A stretch of 64,000 nt of DNA from an uncultured bacterium (lineage in GTDB: Bacteria; Zixibacteria; MSB-5A5; UBA10806): assembly GCA_965541585.1 (NCBI GenBank), contig CBEUCH010000003.1, forward strand, positions 1 to 64,000. Direction: 5' to 3'. Under the pieces are notes generated by a model, which did not search any database, was not told where the DNA came from, and worked only from the letters and a program-made list of their open reading frames with translations. Made by a program: the position numbers and the translations under genes. Within the stretch, counting starts at the first letter, position 1; each line of letters begins with the position of its first letter. This document shows positions 28,417 through 37,802 of the stretch, piece by piece.

Positions 28417-30101
28417 TGGGATATTTCTTTCAAAATGTTACGGATCTGGCCAGCTTTCTTGTAAGCCAGTCTAAGACCGGCAGGAATGCATCTCCGCTCG
28501 CAGAGAACGGATTCACTGATTTTGGATCGACCATGGAAGCGGTATCCATCAGTTCGAATGAGGATACTGCCGGCATTGAAAATACCCTGGGACAATTCTT
28601 GGCGCATGGTGCTGGCGAAACAGAGGCGGATGCAATAACAACCTATAAGACAGCCGAGCCCGCGGAGCTGGATCACCGGATGGTCAGTTTACTCTTAAGT
28701 AAAAGCGAAAGTAAGGTATCAGTGGAGATATCCTCAGATGATCTGGCACTTTTGCTGAATAATCATGGCGCCGGAAAGCCCGTGCCGCCTCGATTATTGG
28801 AGCCTCTCAATCCACTCCACTACCAGGCAAAGCATCGCATTACCTTTTTACCGGCGGGCCTGTTATCTCCAGGTAACAGTGAGAGGATCTCTGTCAATCT
28901 GGAATCACCCGGTTTATCTGCGCCAGCGAAGTATGTAAGTATCTCAGAATTGGTATCTCTTATAAAGGACTATCCCGATCCTGTACGAATGGAAGTGTCA
29001 ATCCCTCTGGAGAACGATCCTACTCCGAATCTCAACGCCTCTATGCAGGATTCGAATATAAAGCAAAAGGGTGCATTCTGTTTCGATCTTCGTCAGCTAT
29101 TTAAGACTGATAATACAGGCAATAATACGATTCGCGGGATAATCATGCTCTCCGGAAAACAGTATTCGGCAAATATTCTCGAAGCAATGGAAGCCTCGTT
29201 GCTTCCGAAGCCTATAGTTGCTGCTGATCTCCCTGGGAATAATCTTAATTCTTCACTGCTAAAAAATAGCATGGACCTTTTGAAGACTCCGTTAAATTCG
29301 CATAGATCGTCCTTATTCGGTTTCGGCGCTGGTTTCGGGATTCGCCCGGCCGGGAAACTGTCGAATCCGACCGCAGATCTGGCCCTGGCGGATTCATTAA
29401 AAGGAACAGCATACTATTCAACTGAGTCTGATAATGGAGGCGCCCCTGAAAACCGCGGCCGTCTCCATAGCAATACTCTCAATTCCAGGTTACCCGATGA
29501 GGTGTCTGGTTCGAAGAACGTTTTCAATGGCACTTTACGGACGAAGGGCGCAAATGTTATCAGCGAATCGATTTCTTCATACGCTGAAGGGGAAACAGGC
29601 ATTTCAAAAACACCCACAATCGAACTGACCGAGCCGCGTCTCCGTCCAATCTTGGATACGAGCGAACTCAGGTCCGGGATCCTGTATGCCGCAAGAAAAA
29701 ACCTGACCCATGTCACGTTGAAACTACACCCGGAAAAACTCGGAAGAGTCAGTATCAGACTTATCTGGAGGGGAGATTCGCTCTCGGCTCATTTGAAAAC
29801 AGCCAACGCGGAAGCGGCAAAAATCTTAAGCGCCGGTTTAACAGAGTTGAAATCCGGCCTTGAATATGCCAGTCTCAAGGTGGAAAATCTCAACGTAATA
29901 TTGGATGATGATAAAGGGGCCGGAGCATTCGGTTCGAGCAACGATGCTCGCTCGCAAAAACACGGCGCCGAATTGAGAGATAATAATCCTGATGGAAACC
30001 GACGGTTTTCTGCCGTATCCACAGATGGCAGTCGTCGCAAAAACACAGATAAAATCATGCAGCCTTCCACCCACAGGGGGTGGATTGATTTAAGAGTATA
30101 G
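28413..30101 (+). CDS. fliK: Hook-length control protein FliK
   Basis: C-terminal TLKLHPEKLGRVSIRL domain; long low-complexity N-terminus; precedes flgD. Confidence 0.85.
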   Translation: MMGYFFQNVTDLASFLVSQSKTGRNASPLAENGFTDFGSTMEAVSISSNEDTAGIENTLGQFLAHGAGETEADAITTYKTAEPAELDHRMVSLLLSKSESKVSVEISSDDLALLLNNHGAGKPVPPRLLEPLNPLHYQAKHRITFLPAGLLSPGNSERISVNLESPGLSAPAKYVSISELVSLIKDYPDPVRMEVSIPLENDPTPNLNASMQDSNIKQKGAFCFDLRQLFKTDNTGNNTIRGIIMLSGKQYSANILEAMEASLLPKPIVAADLPGNNLNSSLLKNSMDLLKTPLNSHRSSLFGFGAGFGIRPAGKLSNPTADLALADSLKGTAYYSTESDNGGAPENRGRLHSNTLNSRLPDEVSGSKNVFNGTLRTKGANVISESISSYAEGETGISKTPTIELTEPRLRPILDTSELRSGILYAARKNLTHVTLKLHPEKLGRVSIRLIWRGDSLSAHLKTANAEAAKILSAGLTELKSGLEYASLKVENLNVILDDDKGAGAFGSSNDARSQKHGAELRDNNPDGNRRFSAVSTDGSRRKNTDKIMQPSTHRGWIDLRV

Positions 30102-30114
30102 GGGGGAAGTTAAA

Positions 30115-30837
30115 ATGACAGAAATTCCTACCATAGGTGGCGCTCCGGTTTTCGATCCATCCGCCACCAGAGCTTTCGGCAACTCCAGATTGGGAAAGGA
30201 TGATTTTCTAAATCTTCTGGTGACCCAGTTGCGCTATCAGAATCCTCTGGAACCGCTTAAGGATTCGGATTTCGTTGCTCAGCTGGCGCAGTTTTCCTCG
30301 CTGGAGCAGCTTGAAAGTATAAACTCCAGCCTCGGATATTCGGCCGAGCTCGATTATATCCTGAGCCAGACTATTGCCAATACCATGGCGACCACTATTA
30401 TCGGCAAAGAGGTAGTGGCTGAGGGCAATACCATTCATCATTCCCATGATTCAAACGATGATCTTCATTTCAAGCTCGATGCTGACGCCGCAGATATTAA
30501 GATTGATATCTATAATGACAGCGGCGCACTGATCAGAACCATCAAACTCGAGGATCTTGAAAAAGGGATGAATTCCTATAACTGGGATGGCGAGGATGAT
30601 TCGGGGACGAAGGTAGGAGGCGGCGAATATACATTCTCAGTCTCCGCCACCGACACTGCTGAAAACGTCGTGGGAGTCCAGACCCGTATTGTCGGCATAG
30701 TGGAATCCGTTCGCTACGAGAACAGCCAGGGATATCTGGTTATCGGCGGTCAGAAGATTTCCATGTCCGATATCATACAGATCAATCTCCCGGGCGAGTC
30801 GGGCGGCGACTCTGAAGAAGATGAGGGCGATTACTAA
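30115..30837 (+). CDS. flgD: Hook cap FlgD
   Basis: GKDDFLNLLVTQLRYQNPLEP..QLAQFSSLEQL; WDGED. Confidence 0.95.
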   Translation: MTEIPTIGGAPVFDPSATRAFGNSRLGKDDFLNLLVTQLRYQNPLEPLKDSDFVAQLAQFSSLEQLESINSSLGYSAELDYILSQTIANTMATTIIGKEVVAEGNTIHHSHDSNDDLHFKLDADAADIKIDIYNDSGALIRTIKLEDLEKGMNSYNWDGEDDSGTKVGGGEYTFSVSATDTAENVVGVQTRIVGIVESVRYENSQGYLVIGGQKISMSDIIQINLPGESGGDSEEDEGDY

Positions 30838-30877
30838 TAAGTAATTGCCTTAAAGAGGCTCAGGAGAAGGAGGTGAT

Positions 30878-31267
30878 ATGAGGAATATACCTATCGGGGG
30901 CGTTGGTCCCGGTCAGATTAAGTCAGCGGACGATGGAATCAGGCATGTACAAAGACCGAAACCACAAAAGCCCCATTTCCAGGAGCAGTTTCAGGGCTCG
31001 TTAAAGCGGCTGGAGAGCCTGCGGTTCTCCGACCATGCTGTTAAGAGATTGATGGATCGCGGCGTCGAACTCACATCGGATAAAGCTCAGCGACTTGTTG
31101 ACGCTGTTGAAACCGCCAGGGAAAAAGGGGCGCGGGATTCCTTGATCCTTTTAGATGAGTTAGCTTTCGTCGTTTCTGTAGGCAACAGGACAGTCATTAC
31201 AGCCTGCGACATAAATGGTCTTAAAGAGGGAGTCTTTACTAAAATTGATAGTGCGATTTTTGGATAA
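30878..31267 (+). CDS. Flagellar operon protein, TIGR02530-like
   Basis: LRFSDHAVKRLMDRG..AREKGARDSLIL..VVSVGNRTVITA..VFTKIDSA; position between flgD and flgE. Confidence 0.85.
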   Translation: MRNIPIGGVGPGQIKSADDGIRHVQRPKPQKPHFQEQFQGSLKRLESLRFSDHAVKRLMDRGVELTSDKAQRLVDAVETAREKGARDSLILLDELAFVVSVGNRTVITACDINGLKEGVFTKIDSAIFG

Positions 31268-31274
31268 TTCAAAC

Positions 31275-31333
31275 GGCTGGACCCCGAAAGGGGAGGCCTC
31301 AACCCGCGTCCGACAGACGCGGCGTATGAGAGG
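31275..31333 (+). ncRNA. Candidate cis-regulatory structured RNA in flgE leader
   Basis: Hairpin 1 GGCT-GGA-CCCC-GAAA-GGGG-A-GGCC; hairpin 2 CCGCGTC-CGACA-GACGCGG; no U tract; directly precedes the SD GAGAGG. Confidence 0.55.
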
Positions 31334-31342
31334 AATCAAAAA

Positions 31343-33649
31343 ATGATGGCATCACTTTTCGCCGGCGTATCGGGCCTGCGAAATCACCAGGTTAAAATGA
31401 ATGTGGTTGGCAACAATATCGCCAATGTAAACACCTTAGGATTCAAAGCCGGGAGGGTGACTTTTCAGGAGGCCTTGGTTCAGACATTCCGAGGGGCGGG
31501 TCGGCCTACCAGCACCTCGGGCGGCACGAATCCGCTGCAGTTAGGTCTGGGAATGAGCCTGGCTACAATAGACAATCTATTCCTGCAGGGTGGACTGGAA
31601 ACCACCGGTCAAACAACCGACCTGGGCATACAGGGCTCGGGATTTTTCGTGCTCTCCGACGGACAGCAACAGTATTTCACAAGGGCCGGGGCGTTCGGTT
31701 TCGACTCCAACTCCAATATGGTGAATCCGGCTAATGGTTATGTCCTGCAGGGTAAAATGGCCGATGTCGATGGTACAATACCTGCCAGTGCGCCAGTAGG
31801 CAATGTCAGCCTGCCCTTCGGCCAGCAGGATCCCGCCAGGATGACATCCGAGATCCAGATGGGCATGAATCTCGATGCCGCCGCTACGGATGCTGCGGCA
31901 TCAATTAACTCAGCAGGTACGTCCAATGTCTCGACCGTTACAGGCAGCGCAGCTAACGGCTCCGGCGGTCAGCACGTCTTAACCATCACGGGCACGAATG
32001 CTGTCTTCTCGGAACTTTCAGGTTCCCACGCTCTGGTTCTTGACGACGTAACCGCTGCCGATATAGCTACCTTAATAGGTGGCGGTGGGTCGGGCACGCT
32101 GCCCGCGGATGATTACGTATATACTGTGATCGCCGTAAATTCCCTCGGGAAATCTCTGGGGGAGGAGGTCACAGTCAGTCCTGTACCGGCTAACGGTTCC
32201 GTACAGCTGACCATGACCTATGGCGATCTTGATGTTACTCAGATCGAGATTTACAGGCGTCCTGCCGGCGGAACGTATGGAGGCACACTCGGCGGCAAAA
32301 TTGCAACACTTGACTATACTGCGCCCGGTCCTCTCGTTTTCACCGATGACGGATCAGTTCCCGGGGGAGGCGAGATACCGCCTTCGCTAAACTCCACTAT
32401 TTCCCTGACAGGTGATGAAAGGCTCGGCACGCAGCTTGGTGTCACGGATGTGTCCGGGTTCAGGATTTCCGTGGATAACGGTTCATGGATTACCCTGAAT
32501 CAATTAACTCTAGATTCCTCGATAAATGATTTTATCTCGGCCTTCAATTCTGCAATCCAGGGCGCAACCGCTTCCCTGGAGAACGGCCAGATTCAAATTC
32601 GGCGCGACTATGCCGGCAACCCTTCGGTATATAATGTTCGGATCGAGGATACGGGTACTTCGGACGTCTCTACCCTGGTTTTTGGCGCGGCAATTTTCAA
32701 CGTTAACAATGGCGCTGCCTCGACTCTACAGGCCGTCGACGTATTTACGCCAACGGACCGGGCTGCGCTGGCAGCCGAGAGCCTGGAGTTAATCGTCGAT
32801 CCCAATACCGGTATCGTTACAGGGATTTCAGGAGTTGGCGGTGGAGGCGTGACAATATCTGCAGGAACCGGCGGGCTCGTGGGTGACCCGGACGGCGCCG
32901 GCCCGCTGACGTCGTCGACCTTGATAATTGACACCGAGGAAACCCAGCATTCCACATCGATCACGGTTTTCGATTCGCAGGGCGGCAAGCACACCATGAC
33001 CATGACTTTCACCAAGAGCTGGCTGCCCAACCAGTGGTTCTGGGAAGCATCTCTCGGAGCCGAAGAGGTTATTCGCTCCGGTGGCTCGGGTACGGTCAAT
33101 TTCAATTCCGATGGCTCGCTGAGCTCATTTGATTATGATGGTGGCGCCACCAGTCTAAGCATCGATCCTAACAACGGCGCCTCCGACATGATAATTGAAT
33201 TGATGACCGGCACCTCGGGCGGTTTCGATGGTATAACCGGATTTGCGTCGCGGTCCACGGCGGCGGCCAGAAGCCAGGATGGTTACGGGGTTGGTATCCT
33301 CTCCAATATCAGTATCGATCCCAGCGGAACCATCACCGGCATGTTTACCAACGGCGTATCGCGTATTCTGGCGCAAATATATATAGCCGAATTTAACAAC
33401 ACGGGCGGTTTGTTGAAGGTCGGAGAAAATCTCTATCAGACCTCGGCAAACTCCGGTTCGGCAATCCTGGGCATAGCTGGTGAGACATCATCCTCGACTA
33501 TAACGTCAGGAGCGCTGGAAATTTCCAATGTCGATCTGGCGCAGGAGTTTACCAATATGATCATCGCTCAGCGCGGCTTCCAGGCTAACGCCAGGGTGAT
33601 CACTACCTCAGATGCAATGTTAAATGAACTGGTTAACTTAAAGAGTTAA
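31343..33649 (+). CDS. flgE: Hook protein FlgE, enlarged (768 aa)
   Basis: GNNIANVNTLGFK, FTRAGAF, LEISNVDLAQEFTNMIIAQRGFQAN. Confidence 0.93.
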   Translation: MMASLFAGVSGLRNHQVKMNVVGNNIANVNTLGFKAGRVTFQEALVQTFRGAGRPTSTSGGTNPLQLGLGMSLATIDNLFLQGGLETTGQTTDLGIQGSGFFVLSDGQQQYFTRAGAFGFDSNSNMVNPANGYVLQGKMADVDGTIPASAPVGNVSLPFGQQDPARMTSEIQMGMNLDAAATDAAASINSAGTSNVSTVTGSAANGSGGQHVLTITGTNAVFSELSGSHALVLDDVTAADIATLIGGGGSGTLPADDYVYTVIAVNSLGKSLGEEVTVSPVPANGSVQLTMTYGDLDVTQIEIYRRPAGGTYGGTLGGKIATLDYTAPGPLVFTDDGSVPGGGEIPPSLNSTISLTGDERLGTQLGVTDVSGFRISVDNGSWITLNQLTLDSSINDFISAFNSAIQGATASLENGQIQIRRDYAGNPSVYNVRIEDTGTSDVSTLVFGAAIFNVNNGAASTLQAVDVFTPTDRAALAAESLELIVDPNTGIVTGISGVGGGGVTISAGTGGLVGDPDGAGPLTSSTLIIDTEETQHSTSITVFDSQGGKHTMTMTFTKSWLPNQWFWEASLGAEEVIRSGGSGTVNFNSDGSLSSFDYDGGATSLSIDPNNGASDMIIELMTGTSGGFDGITGFASRSTAAARSQDGYGVGILSNISIDPSGTITGMFTNGVSRILAQIYIAEFNNTGGLLKVGENLYQTSANSGSAILGIAGETSSSTITSGALEISNVDLAQEFTNMIIAQRGFQANARVITTSDAMLNELVNLKS

Positions 33650-33658
33650 ACTTGATAA

Positions 33659-33687
33659 AGGCGGGGGGGGAGCAATCCCCTCCGCCT
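33659..33687 (+). terminator. GC-rich hairpin after flgE (terminator or stability stem)
   Basis: AGGCGGGGGGG...CCCCTCCGCCT; weak U tail. Confidence 0.5.
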
Positions 33688-33706
33688 GATTAAGATCGAA
33701 TGAAAA

Positions 33707-33931
33707 ATGATTAACGTGACCCGATTGGACAGCAGCGAACTGGTCATCAATTCGGATCTGATCGAGATCCTCGAGGCCATTCCCGAGACTATCATCCATC
33801 TCACCACTGGTAAAAAAATCATGGTCAAAGAGACGGTGGACGAAATAGTCGAGCGTGTTACTGCTTTTAAGAGAGGTTCGCAGGAAATAGTGATCCATCG
33901 GGATGAGGAAAGACAGGTGAAAAATGCCTGA
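33707..33931 (+). CDS. flbD: FlbD/SwrD-family flagellar protein
   Basis: MINVTRLD..INSDLIEILEAIPETIIHLTTGKKIMVKE. Confidence 0.85.
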   Translation: MINVTRLDSSELVINSDLIEILEAIPETIIHLTTGKKIMVKETVDEIVERVTAFKRGSQEIVIHRDEERQVKNA

Positions 33932-34466
33932 AGCAGCAGTTCAAGACCAGGAAGCGGCGGTTGAGGAACAACTCGACGAAAAATCGGAGAGCGAGGCTCC
34001 GGAAAAGGAGAAGAGCTCCGGGGGATTCAAAAAGACCCTGATCTTTTTCGTCGGGTTACAGGTTCTTATGGCAGCCGGCGCGTTTCTCTTCCTTAAGATG
34101 TATTTGTCGCCGAAGATAGAGGCGGCATACCAGGAGCCGGCGAAAATTGAGAAAAATGAACGTGGCCAGATCCATCTTATAAAAGATATTCTCGTTAATC
34201 CCGCTGGCACCAACGGAACGAGATATCTTTCCGCGTCAATAGGACTCGAGACATCCGATTTTGGGGAGGAGACTGATCGATTCGAGGAATTGACTCCCGT
34301 CATCAGGGATATTCTTTTAGCGATACTGTCTTCAAAGACAATGGAAGAACTCAGCTCGATAGATGGAAAGGAGCGATTGCGTGACGAAATCCTGGCTGAG
34401 GTCAATAATGCTACCAGGCCTGATTCTGTCCACCGGGTTTATTTCGTCGATTACGTATTGCAATAA
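33924..34466 (+). CDS. fliL: FliL
   Basis: TM, ILVNPA..RYL, IRD..LSSK..GKERLR..VYFVDYVLQ. Confidence 0.92.
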   Translation: MPEAAVQDQEAAVEEQLDEKSESEAPEKEKSSGGFKKTLIFFVGLQVLMAAGAFLFLKMYLSPKIEAAYQEPAKIEKNERGQIHLIKDILVNPAGTNGTRYLSASIGLETSDFGEETDRFEELTPVIRDILLAILSSKTMEELSSIDGKERLRDEILAEVNNATRPDSVHRVYFVDYVLQ

Positions 34467-34468
34467 TC

Positions 34469-35461
34469 ATGGCCCAGGTTTTATCTCAGGATGAAATAGA
34501 TGCCCTTTTGACCCAGGTCGAAGAGCAAACAAAGTCGACTGCACCGGAGGCGCCTCACATAACCGGTGCGCACAAAGCGGTCCTGTATGATTTTAAGCAT
34601 CCAAACAGGGTTTCAAAGGACCAGCTAAGATCCTTAGAATCGTTGCATGACAATCTCGCTAACCAGTTTGGCTCGACGCTTTCAGGATTTACCAGGTCCG
34701 TGGTCGATGTCGACCTGATTTCTGTCGATCAGATAACCTACTCGGAGTTCATCATGTCGCTGGCAACGCCCTCCTGCACCTACGTATTCGGGCTTGACCC
34801 GCTGGAAGGCGCTGGCATTCTCGACTTCAACCGATCAATTGCACTGGCGTTCGTAGATCGAATGTTCGGCGGGCGGGGGAAGGCCATCAATACCGAGCGG
34901 GAGTTGACCGGAATCGAAAGATCGGTTATGGGCAAGATTATTACCAGGTTGTTCCAGGCGCTCAATAAATCATGGGAGCATATCGCAGGTATCGATTTCC
35001 GACAGACTGCTTATGAGAGCAATCCCCAGTTTATTCAGGTCGTCCCGCCGGGCGAAACAGTGATCGTGGTCTCGCTGCAGATAAAGATGATGTCTGAATC
35101 CGGGCTGATGACATTTTGCTACCCTTATTTGACCCTCGAACCGATCATGGAAAAATTATCCGCCCAGAACTGGATAGATGCGCGCCAGAAAAGCGATAAT
35201 ACCAGATATGAGATGAATGGCAGGGAGCTCTCATCGGTCCGAGCTGATCTTATTGCGTATCTGGGCTCGGCGGAACTTTCGATCAGGGAGTTACTTGATA
35301 TAAGTCCGGGTGACGTCATCCGTCTGGACAATCTCAAAGACGATTTTGTCACTGTTATGGTCAGTGATAGAACAAAGTTTCTGGCTAAACCCGGCCGCTC
35401 GGGTAACCAGAAGGCCATAAAAATTGCCCACATATTAACGGGAGTTCACGATGAAAGATAG
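34469..35461 (+). CDS. fliM: Switch protein FliM
   Basis: VLSQDEIDALL, YDFKHPNRVSKDQLR, ESNPQF. Confidence 0.95.
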   Translation: MAQVLSQDEIDALLTQVEEQTKSTAPEAPHITGAHKAVLYDFKHPNRVSKDQLRSLESLHDNLANQFGSTLSGFTRSVVDVDLISVDQITYSEFIMSLATPSCTYVFGLDPLEGAGILDFNRSIALAFVDRMFGGRGKAINTERELTGIERSVMGKIITRLFQALNKSWEHIAGIDFRQTAYESNPQFIQVVPPGETVIVVSLQIKMMSESGLMTFCYPYLTLEPIMEKLSAQNWIDARQKSDNTRYEMNGRELSSVRADLIAYLGSAELSIRELLDISPGDVIRLDNLKDDFVTVMVSDRTKFLAKPGRSGNQKAIKIAHILTGVHDER

Positions 35462-36092
35462 TGAAATTAAAACCGGCGATGACGAATCGACCGATCCTCG
35501 ACCTGAAAATGTCCAGCAGGAAGATTCGCCGGCGCCGGACGAGGCTAAAACTGAATCAACCGACGAAAATGAAACAACAGAGCCTTCTATGAAGGAGACT
35601 GAATCTTCGGCGGGTGATCATATTGAAGAAGCGCCGGCGCCGGACGAGGCTAAGGCTGAATCAACCGACGAAAATGAAATAACAGAGCCTTCTACGAAGG
35701 AGACTGAACCTTCGGCGGATGATCATATTGAAGAGGCACCGGTGCAGGATGAGTCGGCTGATTCGGATGATATCAATAAGGTCTCGTCCATGGATTTCGA
35801 ACAGTTTCCCAAGACTCAGCAAACGGGAGCGCCGCATAATATTGATATGCTCCTCGATGTTGCACTGCCGATCTCTATTGAATTGGGACGAACCCATATG
35901 CCCATCCAGGACATACTGAAACTCGGTCCCGGATCCGTTGTCGAACTGAGCAAACTTGCCGGTGAACCGGTGGATCTTCTGGTAAACAATAAGATGATTG
36001 CCAGAGGAGAGGTCGTTATAGTTGATGAGAATTTCGGGATCAGGGTCACGTCGATGGTCTCACAGGAAGATCGTATCAAAAGTCTCGGATGA
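35451..36092 (+). CDS. fliN: Switch protein FliN with acidic repeat N-terminal extension
   Basis: C-terminal SpoA domain IDMLLDV..ELGR..LAGEPVD..GEVVIVDENFGIR. Confidence 0.92.
   Translation: MKDSEIKTGDDESTDPRPENVQQEDSPAPDEAKTESTDENETTEPSMKETESSAGDHIEEAPAPDEAKAESTDENEITEPSTKETEPSADDHIEEAPVQDESADSDDINKVSSMDFEQFPKTQQTGAPHNIDMLLDVALPISIELGRTHMPIQDILKLGPGSVVELSKLAGEPVDLLVNNKMIARGEVVIVDENFGIRVTSMVSQEDRIKSLG
35527..35736 (+). repeat. Intragenic 2 x 105-bp tandem duplication in fliN
   Basis: PAPDEAKTESTDENETTEPSMKETESSAGDHIEEA / PAPDEAKAESTDENEITEPSTKETEPSADDHIEEA; about 7 nt differences. Confidence 0.95.
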
Positions 36093-36562
36093 GAAAGATA
36101 GCGCTTACATTATTGATTCCTGTCGTCTTGCTGTCAGCAGGCGACATCCTTTCGCAAACCGTCGAGACGGATAGCGCCTCGGTTTCGCCCCCGAATATAT
36201 ATTCTCCTTCGCTTTTTGGAATCGTGGTAAAATTGCTTATCTCAATGGTCGTTATTATCGGCCTTATCTACTTATCCATGTATTTTTTGAAAAAGATCAA
36301 TTCCCGGGCCGCCGGCGGCGGCATTATCGGCGATACCATAAAGATCATCGGCCGTACCTTTCTCTCGCCAAAACAATCGCTGTATCTGGTAAAAATCGGC
36401 GATCGGTATGCGATTATCGGTGCCACCGAACAGAGCGTCAGTATGATCGGTGAACTGAGCGAAAAAGAAGCCGCAAAATTCGAAAGCCAGGGTAAAACCC
36501 CGGGTGATACATCGCCACGCTCGAGATTCGCAGAGGTATTAAAAGGAATTATAAGGCAATGA
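36089..36562 (+). CDS. fliO: FliO
   Basis: TM plus IKIIGRTFLSPKQSLYLVKIG; position between fliN and fliP. Confidence 0.85.
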   Translation: MRKIALTLLIPVVLLSAGDILSQTVETDSASVSPPNIYSPSLFGIVVKLLISMVVIIGLIYLSMYFLKKINSRAAGGGIIGDTIKIIGRTFLSPKQSLYLVKIGDRYAIIGATEQSVSMIGELSEKEAAKFESQGKTPGDTSPRSRFAEVLKGIIRQ

Positions 36563-37308
36563 AAAAGCTCGTGCTTTTAGCCCTATCTTGCGCGTTGATC
36601 ATTATGTTGATGCCGCATAATTCGGGGGCACAGGCAATCCCCAAGATATCGATAGAGCTCGATAGTGCCGATTCGCCTGAGGATTTCTCAGTGGCTCTGC
36701 AGATTCTCATTATGCTTACCGTCCTGACTCTGGCACCGGCTATTATTATCCTGCTTACGTCGTTCGTCAGGATAATCGTGGTTTTCTCATTTTTGAGACA
36801 GGCGGTGGGAACGCATCAGATGCCGCCCAACCAGCTTCTGATAGGCCTGGCGTTGATCCTGACCGTCTTTATAATGGCCCCGACAATCGAACGTATCAAC
36901 ACAGAAGCGATTCAGCCTTATCTTAAGGGAGAGGTCGACCAGCAGGCGGCTTTCGATATGGGAATAGAGCCCCTTCGCGAATTTATGCTCAAACAGGTCA
37001 GGGAAAAAGATCTGGCTCTTTTCGTTTCACTGGCCAATGTAGAGCAGCCGGAAACCCCTGATGATCTGCCGACTCATCTTATCATTCCGGGCTATATTAT
37101 TTCCGAATTGAGGATCGCATTCCAGATAGGTTTTATATTGTATATACCGTTTCTTGTGATCGATATGGTGGTTGCATCCGTGCTGATGTCCATGGGCATG
37201 CTGATGCTGCCTCCGATTATGGTCTCTTTGCCGTTCAAAATATTACTTTTCGTTCTGGTCGACGGTTGGTATCTGATCGTAAAATCGATAGTAGCGAGCT
37301 TCCATTGA
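36559..37308 (+). CDS. fliP: FliP
   Basis: TSFVRIIVV..PPNQ, PFLVIDMVVAS, LPFKILLFVLVDGW. Confidence 0.96.
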   Translation: MKKLVLLALSCALIIMLMPHNSGAQAIPKISIELDSADSPEDFSVALQILIMLTVLTLAPAIIILLTSFVRIIVVFSFLRQAVGTHQMPPNQLLIGLALILTVFIMAPTIERINTEAIQPYLKGEVDQQAAFDMGIEPLREFMLKQVREKDLALFVSLANVEQPETPDDLPTHLIIPGYIISELRIAFQIGFILYIPFLVIDMVVASVLMSMGMLMLPPIMVSLPFKILLFVLVDGWYLIVKSIVASFH

Positions 37309-37361
37309 CGAATCCAGGCAGTTTAGATGGTAAAATCTGTTAATATGAGAGAGAAGGTTTA

Positions 37362-37628
37362 GTGGATACGCAATTAATAGTCGAATTGGCGCGGAATTCG
37401 ATATACACCACCTTGCTTGTATCATCTCCGATGTTGCTACTGGCGCTTATCGTGGGTCTTTCCATTTCACTGTTGCAGTCGATAACCCAGATTCAAGAGA
37501 TGACTCTCACCTTTATTCCGAAGATCGTGGCCGTGGCCATGGCCCTCATCATCTTTCTGCCATGGATGATCACGACCGTTGTCGGCTTTACCAGCCGGCT
37601 GTGGTCGATAATCCCGACATTATCCTGA
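37362..37628 (+). CDS. fliQ: FliQ
   Basis: QSITQIQEMTLTFIPK. Confidence 0.95.
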   Translation: MDTQLIVELARNSIYTTLLVSSPMLLLALIVGLSISLLQSITQIQEMTLTFIPKIVAVAMALIIFLPWMITTVVGFTSRLWSIIPTLS

Positions 37629-37760
37629 CAGGTATTTTTGTATGGTTCGCCGGGAATATTTTTCCCATTGTTAACGAATCGGCCATGTCCGAATTGCGAT
37701 TTATAATCATAACATATTAAAAGATAACGAATTATATCATACCGGCCAATAAATCCTGGG

Positions 37761-37776
37761 CGGCATACGCCTTGCT
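37761..37776 (+). promoter_or_regulatory. Sigma54 promoter for fliR-flhBAF-flhG-fliA operon
   Basis: CGGCATACGCCTTGCT, canonical spacing. Confidence 0.75.
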
Positions 37777-37802
37777 TTAAGTAGCGAATTGGCGGGAGCC
37801 GT

